From Octopus vulgaris (Eukaryota): a stretch of 64,000 nt of DNA. Location: assembly GCA_951406725.2 (NCBI GenBank), contig OX597829.1:32426001-32490000 (forward strand). Reading direction: 5' to 3'. Within the stretch, counting starts at the first letter, position 1. Each line of letters opens with the position of its first letter. Below are positions 24,790 through 38,599 of this stretch, piece by piece. A program made the position numbers and the translations under genes. The notes under the pieces are model-generated. The model had not been told where the DNA came from. It ran no database searches and saw nothing but the letters and a program-made list of their open reading frames with translations.

Positions 24790-25440
24790 CTGTGCATGCA
24801 CACTAAGTTTTAACGTTCTAGCTCACTTCCGCTGTTTACGGCAGTGCTTGGAAGGAAGGTGTGTAGCGTGTGATCGTCGCATTGACCATGATAGAGAAAG
24901 TTGAGTAGAGAATCTGCATCAAATTTTGCCAAAAGCTTGGCGATACCTGCTCAGAGGTTTATGCAAAGTTTTCAAAAAGGTGTCATCGTTCTCAACATAA
25001 TCAAGGAGATTTTGTGCAACTGAAACCCGAGTGTTTTTTCAGTTAGTTGAAAGCAGTTTTGGCGCAAACTTGGAAGTCATGTGTCTCATACCCAAATCTT
25101 CAGTGATAATGGACTGAACTGAACCATAACTAACCTGCACATACTCTGATAACTCACGGATGGTGATTCAATGATTTATCCTCACAGCTGCACGCACATC
25201 TGCAATGTTTTTCTCAATTCTGTTGGTTCCGGGTCTCCCAAAACGTTCGTTAATAACGACATTTTTCGGAAACGTTTTAATCATTCGTACACTTGTGAGC
25301 GACTCATACACTCCTCTCCATACACTTTCTACAACTTTGTGTAGGCCTCTGAGCATGTACCACCATGACAAGCAGTGTTCAGGGTCAATCTGTGCCAAGC
25401 GGCTTCACTGTGCGTGCTTTAGCTTCGTTACTATGGCAAC
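24790..25440. mobile_element. Two convergent mariner N-terminal remnants
   Basis: Plus: M.EKVE.RICIKFCQKLGDTCSE from ~24888. Minus: ERFGRPGTNRIEKNIADVRAAV and EDLGMR..TSKFAPK. Confidence 0.7.
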
Positions 25441-26046
25441 AGTATGTATGTATATATATAGATTTAAGTATATGTGTACGTATCTATGTATGTATATATA
25501 TATGTGTAAATGTATATGTGTGAATGTATATTTATGTATACGTGTGTGAACAAATGTGTGTATCTTATATATGCATACAGATACAAAAATTCATATAGTG
25601 GCTTTATTTAATATCTAAAAACACCATGTATAACATTTTATAAATATTTTATTTTTATTCTACATGTAATGCTAACATATATTAACATTTATAAAAAAAA
25701 CTGCAATTGCAAAAAGTGCAATTAGTTACAAAATTGAAAATTCATTAGAGACTGAAAAAAAAAATATATATATAATAAAATAGCCCTTCCTTCCCACAGA
25801 AAAAAAAGAAAAATAAAGAAATTCACTTCAATATTACAAAACAAAATGTATAAAGAAAAAAATAATAAATACTAGATAAGTTTATGTGTGTGTGTATGTG
25901 TGTGTGTGTGAGTGTGTGTAACATATGAATATATTGACTGTTTTTGTGAGTTTGTATATGTTTATATGCTGTCTCTAAATATCTACCTTGTTATGTCTAC
26001 ATGTCAGAGAATCTATGGATATATATATATATATGGATATATATAT

Positions 26047-26101
<55 letters not shown>

Positions 26102-28423
26102 TATATAATGAATATGAATGTGTTTACGTGTTTGTCTTGTGTTTATGTGTTTGTGTGTGTGTGAGTGTGTCTTGTGTGTGTACATGTGTATGCGCATATA
26201 AAATCTTATTTTTTTCTTCTTACCAGAAACTCGATTTTAAATCAAATTTAGTCAAAGAATTCACAAAATATTATTTCTAAGAATTTTAATTTGCGAAACT
26301 CAAGTTTGAAATTCTTATTAATTAATTAATTAATTAATGAAACAGTTACAAATTCTAGTTTGAAAACAAACAAAACAAAACAAAAAAAATTAATATAAAG
26401 AAATAAAATTACTCAAATACAAATAATTGTTTTGTTTGGCACTTGTTTTTCTTTTCCTCTTTTTAAAAATACTTTTGACGGTAAATTTTTAAAAAACCTT
26501 TTTTTTTTATGTATAATTTTAATTTGAAAGGAACACAGAAACAAAGATACAAAGAACAATATTGAATAAGCAAAAAATTAAAAACAAAATATGTATATAT
26601 ATATAATTTACGGATTAAAAAATAATAAAATTAATGTATGTATGTTAAGAGCAGAATGAATATTTTATAGAGCCATTTTTAAGAGAACTCCACTCTTCAA
26701 ACCTGCTCATGGCATTTGATATTTCTCTCTTCTTAACACACAAACATACCTGACTCTACAGATGCCAACATAGATTACTGTTGATATCTTCTTAACATTA
26801 GCTGGATTATATTGTTGGATTTACAGATTAATAGATATGCTTAAAATGCAGCACACTCTTAGTGATAGATATTGATTTGAGGGGAAAACTTTTATTTTTC
26901 GGGAGTTGGTCCCCATGTCAATAAACTTTATCTTGCATAGTGGGGCAGGGAATTACTTCATCTGATATTATTATTATTAATGTTATTAATGTTATTATTA
27001 TTATTTCATATTTATATTTTAAGATAAAAAAAAATTGTGCATGCATTCAATCAAAATACGTCAAAAAGCCTTTTAAAATTCTTTGACATCCCCTCCCACC
27101 AACCCATTCTCAAGATATTGAATATTTAAAAAAAAAAAACCCCATCAAATTATGACACATTAAAAAATAAAATATAATTAAATAACACAGAATTTTTCAT
27201 TCCATGTTTTGGTAGTTTTTTTTTTATTTGTTTTGTTTTAGTTACTGGTTTGTTTTAAATAGTCAACCTCAAAAGGATGGAGAGTGCCAATATTTAAAAA
27301 AAAAATCTTTTTATGGCTTGCCCTAAAACTGAAGTGTAGGATTACCTGGGACTAGAGCTTAATGCGGTTAACATAATGTTTCAGGCTGGGATCTGTTTTA
27401 GCAGATTACTTCCGCGACGGATCTTAGGAGGAAGATGCAGTTCCAGGATGGAGTATGGAAGACTGAATGCAGGGTTCAAATTTAATCAAAGATTTCATAA
27501 AATATTTTTAATGTGTTCAACAATAGTTTTTTTTTTTTTCAAAATAGAGCATAAAATTTTCAGGAGGTTATAGATCCAGATCAGTCCATATAGGAGTTGG
27601 TCTTTTAGCAATGTGAATTTTTAAGAAATCAAGACCTAAAGTAGTACAGCTAGTGCCACTTTCTGCATAGGGATCAGAAGAGATGCAGGGCTGATGAGGG
27701 CATTGGGTTGATAGGGAATAGATTAGAAGAGATAACAAACAGTCAAATTAATAAGATACCATTGAAGTCAGTAGGAGTAGAATAAACATAGAAAAGGGGT
27801 CTTTGTGTTGGTGAATGGATACTGGCCTCTTTTATAGACTGTATTTCATTATAGTATTGGGTGCAGTCTAGAAAATGTCAATTAAGATTTATTTATTTGT
27901 TTAAAGCACCAAAACCAAAAAGTGATGTAAAGTAGCATGAAGGTCTTTACTCCAATTAAACCCTATTGATATCTTCCTAGTTTGACAACATATTAACAAT
28001 GCTATTTCTTCTGCTCCTCTCAAATAGTTTTATGAAACCTCTCTGTGTTTTTCACAGAAACATGATGAGCTTTTTGAAAAGCATCAACTGTAATAACAAT
28101 TGCTTCAGCAATTGAAAAAATTATCTGGGAGTCATTTTCTTTTCACTTGTTTTTCTTTTGAAATATATAAAATATATTTTCATGATACTAAAGAAAGATT
28201 AAAAACAAGTCAATAATAAAGAATATCTTTTAAGGTTACATACAAAAATCACACTTTTTGCAGTCTTATAAAGCTTCTACACTTATATAGCACCATATGT
28301 TTTATGTTAGATTACATATAGACATGAGTGAATGTGGATTTATGGAGCACAAGGTCAATAAATCTGGATGGTGTAAGGTTCCAGAAAATGTGGCATAGGT
28401 TCTTATGCATGTGTGTTTAAAGA

Positions 28424-28543
<120 letters not shown>

Positions 28544-28602
28544 ATTCTCACATGTGATCATATAATCTATATACATAAATGCATACAATATGCATATATA
28601 TC

Positions 28603-28687
<85 letters not shown>

Positions 28688-28746
28688 TGTATGTATGTAT
28701 GTATGTGTATATATCTATAGTTGCAGCCATGCTGGGGCACCGCCAT

Positions 28747-28777
<31 letters not shown>

Positions 28778-29323
28778 ATACATGTGTATGTGTCTATATG
28801 TTAAACAAACAATTGTTTTTAATTTTCATTTCAAATTAAGGTATAAAATTTTCAGGAGGTAAAGATTCAGAATCAAGCCAATTAGGGTTCAATGGATATT
28901 GATTAAGATTAATCCATTTAATCAATGTTGGCTTCAAAGTGATCATGGCCCTTGAACAATATTGGCATTCTGACTTTCTTGAAGGCATCATGGAATATAT
29001 ATATATCAGTATGAATAATTCACAGCTGAATTTTTATCATCATAACAGAAATAGTAATTTCATTTATAAAATATTATCATCAAAATCACAAGGTCAAATC
29101 TTACCTGTTGCATTGTAATGGCCTGTCTAAGCATTATACATAATTTTCTAAGGAAAAAAACAAGACAAACTATTTTGCTTTCCATACTCCCATCAATAGC
29201 AATGAAAAATCAACAGTGGGTTTTGAACTTCAAATCTATGGACTAGTATGGTTTAGAAACTTATATTCTTGATGTAGTTCATTACTTTATATCACCTACG
29301 TCTTTCTTTTATGTTTCTCTTAA

Positions 29324-29386
<63 letters not shown>

Positions 29387-29444
29387 CAGCAGTAGCAGCA
29401 GTAGCAGCAGCAGCGGTAATAGTTATAAATATGTATATAGTTTT

Positions 29445-29535
29445 TTAAGCTAACCCCAGAAAGATGAAAGACAAAGTTGGAATTAGTTAGATATAAGCTT
29501 AGAATGTAAAAAGTTGAAGAAATACCATCTTGATG

Positions 29536-29592
<57 letters not shown>

Positions 29593-29984
29593 TTAATGAT
29601 AATTCTTTCTACTAAAGGCACAAGGCCTGAAATTTTGAAAGGATGAAAGGCAAAGTTAACCTCAGTGGAATTTGAACTCAGAATGTGAAGACAAATGAAA
29701 TGCTGCTAAGCATTTTGCCCACATACTAATAATTCTTGCCACCTTTATAATAATAATAATAATAATAATAATAATCCTTTCTAATATAGGCACATATGTT
29801 TTGGGAGAGAGAGAGATAACCAATTACACTGACCCAGTGCTTAACTGGTATTTACTTTATTGGACCCAAAAGAATGAAAGGTAAAACTGACCTCAAGAGA
29901 ATTTGAACTTAGAAAGTAAAGATGGATAAAATGTTGTTAAGTATTTTGCCTAGCACACTAACTATTCTCCCAGCTTGACACCTT

Positions 29985-30055
<71 letters not shown>

Positions 30056-30240
30056 CCTTTCTGTTATAAGTACAAGTTTTTGGAGAAGAGGAAAGTCAAT
30101 TACCATTGACTCCAGTGTTTGACTAGTACTTATTTAATTGATTCCCAAAAGGATTAAAGGTGAAGTTGACCTTGGTGGTATTTGGACTCCGAATGTAAAA
30201 ACAGGTGAAATGCCACAAAATATTTTGTCCAGCACCCTCA
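29445..30240 (-). mobile_element. Tandem array of 3-4 decayed Nin/Deu SINEs separated by (TAA)n
   Basis: Repeated GGATGAAAGG.AAAGT.GACCT...GAATTTGAACTCAGAA units with CpG decay. Confidence 0.78.
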
Positions 30241-31810
30241 TGATTTGGTGGCAGGGAAGAAGCTTTGGTTTTACTTTACTTTACTTTACATGAATACATA
30301 TTGTGAAGGGAAAATGTGTAATTGATTTAGAAACACCGAAATATATATTATAAAGACATACAATGGAGTGTGAAAGACACAGAAAAGTTATGAAAATCAC
30401 AATTATACTAAAGTATGGTCTTAATCTTAATGTGATTAGCAGGAAATTTTCAGACAAAATCGAAGCCTTTAAAAATTGGGAAGTTCCTGGAATTGATAAC
30501 CTCTAACTTCTGGCTAAATTATTTAGACATTAGATACAATGCTGTAGCAGCATTATAGAATAACTTAATTATAAACACTAGAATCAACACCTGATCTTAT
30601 CACTAGAGACAAATAATATTAAAACCTGGTCCCTATACATGAAATAAAAAAGAATTATTAATAACTAAGATTTTGAAACCTAGAGACCAATAACCTGTTT
30701 ACCAACAATATATAAGGACTTGGCATTTTTACTTTGCAACATATTTGTTGTTCATCTGGACATCATCTTATCAGATTATCAGAGAAGGTGTTGAAAAGGA
30801 TTTTAATGAGGGAAAAAATTATTATTGATGAAGAGAGAAGAAGGAAGAAATTTATGTCTAATCATCGCATTGGTTAATTACCAAAATAGCCTCCAGTAAC
30901 AAACCAAAATTATTGGATATTGTTGATGATGTACAGGCACAACACAAACATTGGTATTTAAGACACCAATAATACTGCAAAATAACCTTTATATAGAGGT
31001 CTTTCTTCAAGAAGACTTTTTACCTCCATTACTCTTCTGATTAACTGTGTCTTTTTTAACAAATTTGTTGACTCAAACGTTTTGTTAGAAATATTTCTGT
31101 ATGGGGGTACATTAGATATGTCTCATTTATCTAAACGGTGAACATTGTTATTGAATCTGTAAGGCCTCTGTCAGTGAATGCTGACATCCTTGCACAAAAA
31201 TCTTCCTCTCAACACAATCAATATTTATTCAAGGAAAAGGCTGCCAATTTGGGCTGATATAGTTGGCACTAAGGAGATTGCTATTAGGAAACAAAATGCC
31301 AGAACAGATACCACAGTGCATTTGCCCGATCTATCATTTCTGCCAATCCATTGCTCAGGACTGGCACTTTTTTTTATCTATAACAGAGGCAATTCCTTGG
31401 TGGAATTTCAACTCAGAGTCCAGAGAGTAGGAGAAATTACAGTATGCTTTCTATCTTGTGCTCTAGTGAATCTATCAATTCTCCATCTTTGAGTGAATCT
31501 AGAAACATTCAAATTGTGATTCATATGTGAACTAATTATACACCAGTGTGCCTTATTCTTCTGTACTTTGTAATACTGTCATTGTTATACTGGTGTAGTG
31601 TACTCTATTGTAACCGTACTGTGATGTCACTATTGTCCTGCTCAACTGCTATGATGCATTGTGCTACTTTCTTGTACTCTTTCTTATATACTGGGAACAG
31701 CTTAGCCAATTCTCTATAAATAAGAAGCTATCTATCAGTGTCATCACCATGAACAATATTCATATTATTATCATCATCATCATCATTATTATTATTATTA
31801 CTATTATTAC

Positions 31811-31867
<57 letters not shown>

Positions 31868-32004
31868 CATTATTATCATTATTATTATTATTCATGCTTC
31901 TGAGTTGTGAGCAGGAGCTGAGGCTTAATTACACACAACCCAACTGTAGAAAATCTATGTGTTGGAGAATAACAAAAGCAATAACAATAGTTATAATAAT
32001 AACG

Positions 32005-32225
32005 ATATTGGTTTCACATTTTGGCACAAGGCCAGCATTTTCAGGAAAGGAGTAAGTTGATTGCGTTGATCCCCAGTGCTCGGTTGGTACTTATTTTATC
32101 GACCCTGAAAGGATGAAAGGCAAAGTTGACCCTGGCAGAATTTGAACTCAGAATGTTAAGACGGATGAAATGCTGCTAAGAATTTTGCTCGATGTGCTGA
32201 CCATTCTGCCAGCTTGCTGCCTTTA
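32005..32225 (-). mobile_element. Nin/Deu-domain SINE
   Basis: Reverse copy of the 41957 family. Confidence 0.82.
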
Positions 32226-32309
32226 TAATAATAATAATAATGCTGTTGTAGTTGCTGATGTTATTGTTGTCATCTTATATTCTGATATATATATATACAC
32301 ACATACAAA

Positions 32310-32349
<40 letters not shown>

Positions 32350-32425
32350 GATTTATGACATAGTTATACTGTCTTCTGTTATCACTAAAATCTGTTGACA
32401 GCTACCACCACCACTGCTGCTGCTG

Positions 32426-32470
<45 letters not shown>

Positions 32471-32771
32471 GTTTCTAAACTTTTCAAACAAAGTGATGTT
32501 GGATCATGTTTCCTGGTGCGCCTTCTTCCACAACTTCATACTCTTCCCATCTATTGTTGCTACTATTTTGCTTTAGATATTTATAATTTAAGCAAGAACA
32601 TCATAAATTGCATCGTTAAGTGTCACGTTTTGTTAATTTTTTTGTTAATTTACCCAATTCTAGTTACATGCACTTTTTTGTTTTTTAGGGTCACAAATAA
32701 GTATTTTTGTTCGCTTATTTTAAAATAAAATGCCCTGCTGATGAATGTCAGACAGGACTTCTAATGTGTGT

Positions 32772-32802
<31 letters not shown>

Positions 32803-33012
32803 CATGTGCGCGTGTGTATGCGCACATGTAACACACATACACACCAAACAAATCAAAAGAGTTTGTATTGTTAACAGGCATGGTACATATAACGTCTTCG
32901 CTTTTTTAAAATTTTGTTTGCTGATATAATTGTAGTTTGATTAAATTCTCTTGAGAATCAGTAAAACGTGAAATGCAGAGTCACAATTTGGAAGTTCCAG
33001 CATGAAATAAAT

Positions 33013-33018
33013 TTTATT
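33013..33018 (-). terminator. Candidate polyadenylation signal of the otopetrin gene
   Basis: AATAAA on the minus strand ~350 nt after the stop, followed by U/GU-rich sequence; weak evidence in AT-rich DNA. Confidence 0.35.
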
Positions 33019-33364
33019 GTATTACTCTTTTTCCTTACATTGAGTTCTTTTGTTCTCTGGATTGTGGTTCCTATATAAATAGTTTTTTTTTGATGTAGGT
33101 ATATGCTTATGCATTGCTTCTGTATGTGTATGTGCATTTATGTATGAATGTATAAATACATACATACATATATTGCCCTTATTCAATGCTCACACTTATA
33201 TAAATACACGTGTGTGAATATATATTTCTGTTTTGCACACACATATGCGCACACATAAATAAAACATTATGTTCATGTTACTGCATATAGTTCCTCGCCT
33301 TCTTCTGCTGTTTACCACATCACCTCAACGCCACCACTTCATTCACCCCACACCTGGTGACTAT

Positions 33365-34275
33365 TTAGCTGTCTTTGTCCTTTTGGTAAGCGTCGTACCA
33401 GATCTCTGACAGACATATCACTGAGTGGAAGCGTATGAAAATGAGAAGTGGAAGACACAGGTGAATAATTATGTTCCAAGCCAGCAGACCATAGAAATTT
33501 TCGTGTAGAGGAATCACCATGGTTTTCTTCACCTCAAAGCTGCTGACTGCCCAAAGTGCCAAGTTGCAGACCAGCAGGAAGGTTACAACGGCCCGTCCAG
33601 GTTTTCGCGTTTGCTGTTCTTCGTACTTGATGCTGCGACAGAGACCGTCCAAAAGGAAGACAGCCTGCAAGCTAAGCTGCACCAGTTCCATGCTGATACA
33701 GATGAGTGATAGGATAGCCACAACGCCGAACTCCTCCAGTCCGGTAGCAGAAGATATGAGGACTAAGAACAAGTAGACGTAAGCGCCGGACAATGCGACG
33801 ATAAGCAAGATAGAATCGAGAGAGATCATATGGCTTCCTCTGAACTTGAGTGCCGACAGACGAAGGTAACCGAGTACAACTCCAACAGATGTAATCAGCA
33901 GCAGAGCGATTTCAGTAATGAAAAACACTTTAATGGCCGTTATAGAATCTGAGATACGAACTTCAAAGACGAAGAATGTTGCAATTGCTATCAGTGTAAT
34001 GACACCGATCAAGAGACCGAGGAAAAGGCCGCGATTGGCTTTCTCACAATCCATGGAAGCAGTGCTCTGTGGCTGAGAACTTGTCAGAGACATGTGGCTT
34101 GGCCACTTTTGCTTGACCTTCACACCAACGTAGAGGTACATTCGGTGGATAATACCTGACGCTATCAGGCTATACATTATGGTACAGGGAAACAAGTATG
34201 GAGAAGCAACTCTTGCGAGCGTCACGTCCTCAAAACAACTCTTGGTTGCGTTGATCAGCGGCTTAACAGTGGCAG
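33365..34275 (-). CDS. OTOP: Otopetrin terminal coding exon (TM6-TM12, stop TAA)
   Basis: Acceptor tttttgcag|CT GCC (phase 1); motifs ASPYLFPCTI.YSL, DCEKANRGLFLG, RKPGRAVVTFLLVCNLALW, FYGLLAW, PLLIF.RFHS..CLSEIW are typical of invertebrate otopetrins. The four joined exons total 1578 nt in frame. Confidence 0.95.
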
Positions 34276-35948
34276 CTGCAAAAAACAAAAACAAAAACAA
34301 ACTTAAATAAATAAATAAATAAATAAAAATACATATTATTATATTTCGGAATGGTCATTTATACATATATATAAAGCAGAATAACACTCTCAAAGAACAA
34401 CATAAGCATGTGAAACGTAACAATACAACTTTCTTTAGCGGCACAACCCATGATAACATTTCTTTCTGACATCGATTTCATCCAGTCAGTAACTAACAGT
34501 AATTTTCTGAGATCGAGGAACTTTTCGAGTCTTTTGGTTCAACATCGCTATCGAATATCAATGGATCTTGTTTATGTACACATTATTGAAATTATTATTT
34601 TATTTTTCCAGCACACTTATGATTTTATACACACCTTTGAAAAACTTAACTTTGATTTACATTCACCAATACTATACATATTATGACTGTAAGTTGTATC
34701 AACGAGTATAAATATAGCAAAACGGGTGTATGCAGATGAAAGGGAAAGATAAAAGGAAGAAACAATGATATAGAATTTCTATTTTTAATTTTCAGTTTTC
34801 TACGCTGTGTTTGACGTTGAAGATTTTTAGAGACGAGAAGAAATAAAATAATTTCGTAAGCACAGTACAGATTGTTATGTAATCATCACAACAAACATGA
34901 ACAATCAACGTTGCCCATTGTCTCCCTTGATACAAGGACATTCAGTAAGTTTCCCGCCACAACAAATACCTTGTACAACAACGGCAGTCTAATAAAGTAT
35001 CTCGTATCGTTAACACGTTTTTTCAGTCTCTCTCATTTTCTTAATCTTTCATACTAAGTACTCACTACTTCCTTTAATACTCAATACATTATATATATAT
35101 ATATAACAACAACACAGATCCCTCTATTAACAGGATTCAAAATTTTACTCTACATTGAGCAATAAATAATAATTTCTACACACTATTTGCTGGTAAAGAG
35201 TGCGTGGCCTAATGGTTAGGGTGTTTCGATTCCTGGACCGAGTAGTGCAAAAATATTTCATTTCATGTTGCTCTCGTTCAACTGTAATTGAGTAACTCTA
35301 CAACGGACTGGCGTACTGCTCAAGAGGAATGTTGTGGTCTCGGTTACTTATACGCCACGGGAACCTGGAAACTGGCACTATCTAGTCTAGCACTCGAAGA
35401 CATTAGTGTCCAGAAATTATTTGTTGTCCACATCCGCAAAATGAATAAATAAAGAAATAAATAAATAAAGAAAGAAAGAAGGAAAGAAAGAAAGAAGGAA
35501 AAATAAGGGCAAGTGAACTATGAACTATTCTTTTGAATGGTAAGCTATGACAAAAAGAAAAATACATGGTGTATAAATGATGCATGAAATATTATTAATG
35601 ATATTCTTAACCAGGAAATAAAGAACAATTACATTCGTCATAATTTGTAACTGAACAACTTTGGCCAGAGACGACAGCTGGTTATGCACGGAGGATGTTA
35701 ATTTCGCTCTTACCAAGCAATTCGAATTACCACCAGTTCGAATGAACTTTTCCAGTGATTGAACGTGTGAATGTACGTTTGTTTTACGTCAACTACGAGT
35801 GTATGTAAACTAGTATATTTCGAACAATTTCCTTTCTGTATGATGCTGTATGTATATATTTATGTTGTGCTTCCCAAGAACAAAATTGTTAGACGTGAAA
35901 AAACATATACATGTATTTATTTTAATAACTATAATACACGTATTTATT

Positions 35949-36015
<67 letters not shown>

Positions 36016-36110
36016 AAGTTAATCCAAACAAAAAAACAAAAAGACAACAACGCAAGGATGTGGAACAAATAAAGTATTATTGGACGCACAGGAAAGAAGG
36101 GAAGAAGGGG

Positions 36111-36146
36111 GGTTTGACGTTTCGAGCGGAGCTCTTCGTCGGAAAC
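36111..36146 (-). ncRNA. Minimal type I hammerhead-like motif (Penelope-type)
   Basis: TTT-CCGACGA-A-GAGC(TCC)GCTC-GAAA-CGTC-AAA; core variant CCGACGA instead of CTGANGA. Confidence 0.55.
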
Positions 36147-36808
36147 ATAGGAGAAAGAAAAGATCCCGAGACGGGAGGACAGAGGAAAAAAGAATTGCAG
36201 GTAGTAAAAAGACGGAAGTGGTAAAAAAGGAGGAAAATGTTTTTAAAAACAAGAGAGCTGAATCAAAGAAGGAATGGTAAAAAAGGTGTGCGAGATGACA
36301 AGGGTGTGTGTGTGAGTGTATGCGTGTGTGTGTATGTGTGTGTATGGTGGACAATGGCTAGTAGCAGGCAGTAGTAGAATTAAAGGAGTGGTGTGGGGGT
36401 ACCCTAGCAAGTCAGAAAGGCAGGTCAGAAAGAGGGAGGTATGTGTGTGTGCGTGTATATGTATCGTGTGTTTGTTTTGTTGTAGTATGTGTGTGTACGT
36501 GTGCGTTTTTTTGTGTGTATGGCGAGTAACTGTGCTTAACTTAGTGTATGCGTGCGTGTGTGTGTATATATACGTATGTATAATTGTGTGCGTGTATGTA
36601 TGTGTGTGCGTGTATGTATGGTTGTGTGCCGTATGGGATGTATGTGTGGGTTCATTTGTGTGTGTGTGCGTGTGGTGTGTATGTATGTGCGTGTATGTGT
36701 GCGTTTGTATGTGTGTGTGTGTGTAAGCGTAAATGGATGTATATGCGTGTATCCGTGGGGTTGTGAGTTTCTTTTTGCGCTGTGCGTGCGTATGTGTGCG
36801 CATGTTTT

Positions 36809-36852
<44 letters not shown>

Positions 36853-37088
36853 CACACACATATACATTATATATATAGGTTATGAGAGGTAATGGTGTCA
36901 AGAAAACCCAAAGGTGTCAGGTAATGCTGAGTAAGTGCTATGGACAGACTATGGTTAAGCTCCAGGTTCGGTGATTATGCGAATGATGAGTCCAACGTAG
37001 ATTATATATTAGCATGCATGTATATAAAAAATTAACAGAATGAGATAAAAATCCAAGGCGGTGAAAGATTTCAGAACATTTATAAAGA

Positions 37089-37139
37089 GGTCTTACAGCT
37101 GTTTCCGAGATATTTTATATATATCCCTTCATCGGAAAC
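37089..37139 (-). ncRNA. Minimal type I hammerhead-like motif with palindromic stem III
   Basis: CCGATGA-AGGGATAT..ATATCTCG-GAAA-CAGCTG-TA-AGAC. Confidence 0.55.
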
Positions 37140-37668
37140 GGTGCAAGAAAATGGATAAGCAATAGTTATTCTAGAGGAGATATGAAATAGCGAGTGAAGT
37201 GGAGTAATGAAAACAGACGTGAGATATGCAGGGATATTGTATCTGTAATTCCACTATTTAAGCATTATTTAAGTTTAATCTATTTTACCTAATCAGAAAA
37301 CAAGATTTAGAAGCTGGCATTTTCTGCATAATAGCTGTCTATCATCAAATGAAAGCAAAAGCATTACTTGGATAAATTTTTATTAAACAAACGAAAACAA
37401 AGTATTACAACAACCAAAGTTATATGAACTTCTGAAGTTTTAATAAGCGTTAATAAATAACGTCATGTGAAACGGTCAAACAGACGTGTAAATAATTTAA
37501 AAAGTGAAAAAAAAAAAAAAATTCCTCCACGAAGTTTTTTTGCGAAAAATTGCACAAATCTGTCTGATCAAGAAGCCTATCTGTCGGGGAAGGTATGGTC
37601 TAACATGGAATAAGCAAACATTTATATAAAATGACGGGCTATTCAGCTAGTATGTGTGTGTGTATGTG

Positions 37669-37700
<32 letters not shown>

Positions 37701-37763
37701 TATATGTGTATGTATGTACATATATATATATATATACACACACATATATGTGTATGTATGTAC

Positions 37764-37794
<31 letters not shown>

Positions 37795-37809
37795 TATGTG
37801 TATGTATGT

Positions 37810-37886
<77 letters not shown>

Positions 37887-38262
37887 GTACATATCTTTTA
37901 ATTAACACACACACATACACACATCTAATGTAAAGAATAATCTTAAAGAATTTTGATTTACCACTTAGTTCTGTGATACTTCTTAAAAAGGGCGGGACCT
38001 GACTGGTTTTATAACGTGTCTTCCACGTTTATCTAGCACGCAATCTAATTATCTATAAATAACATTTTGTCACTCATTTTAAACCGGATAATTACACGTT
38101 TGCCTTAACTGCGAATCTAAATATATCGTGTATTAGTATATTATACAAGAACCCCCAGAAGCTCCAAACTGTCCATTTTATTTTCAATAATAAAAACAAG
38201 TTCACATGCACCTAATTAGACAGTTAACGAATGGCGTGAAAAAGAACATCCTGATATCTCAC

Positions 38263-38428
38263 CTGATGCCTGTTGCTGTTGTTGGTGTGCAACATTCTTG
38301 AAATAGGTCTGCTGCTTGTAGTCTTTCGCAGTTTCTGCTATGGCTGTAGAAGACCAAACGCAAAGATTTGTTGCCAGAAGATGCATCAGGCCAAAACGAA
38401 CCAAAGCTTTGCTTTTATTAATCACCAA
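38263..38428 (-). CDS. OTOP: Otopetrin coding exon (TM5)
   Basis: Acceptor ttcttggttatag|TTG (phase 0); LVINKSKALVRFGLMHLLATNLCVW contains the hallmark RFGLMH..ATN.C.W motif; donor TCA G|gtgaga (phase 1); 166 nt. Confidence 0.94.
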
Positions 38429-38475
38429 CTATAACCAAGAAAAACAAAAATAAATAAATAACATGATGATGATGA

Positions 38476-38508
<33 letters not shown>

Positions 38509-38531
38509 CGGCGACGACGATGATGATGATG

Positions 38532-38583
<52 letters not shown>

Positions 38584-38599
38584 CAACAACAACAGCAAT

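Noticed and set aside
28058-28093. Plus-strand acceptor followed by KHDELFEKHQL*
   Set aside because: No upstream partner exons found; could be chance.
34276-34300. Start of the 311-aa ORF (MFLFLFF) as the gene's initiation site
   Set aside because: It is the intron polypyrimidine tract; the exon begins after the AG at 34277-34276.
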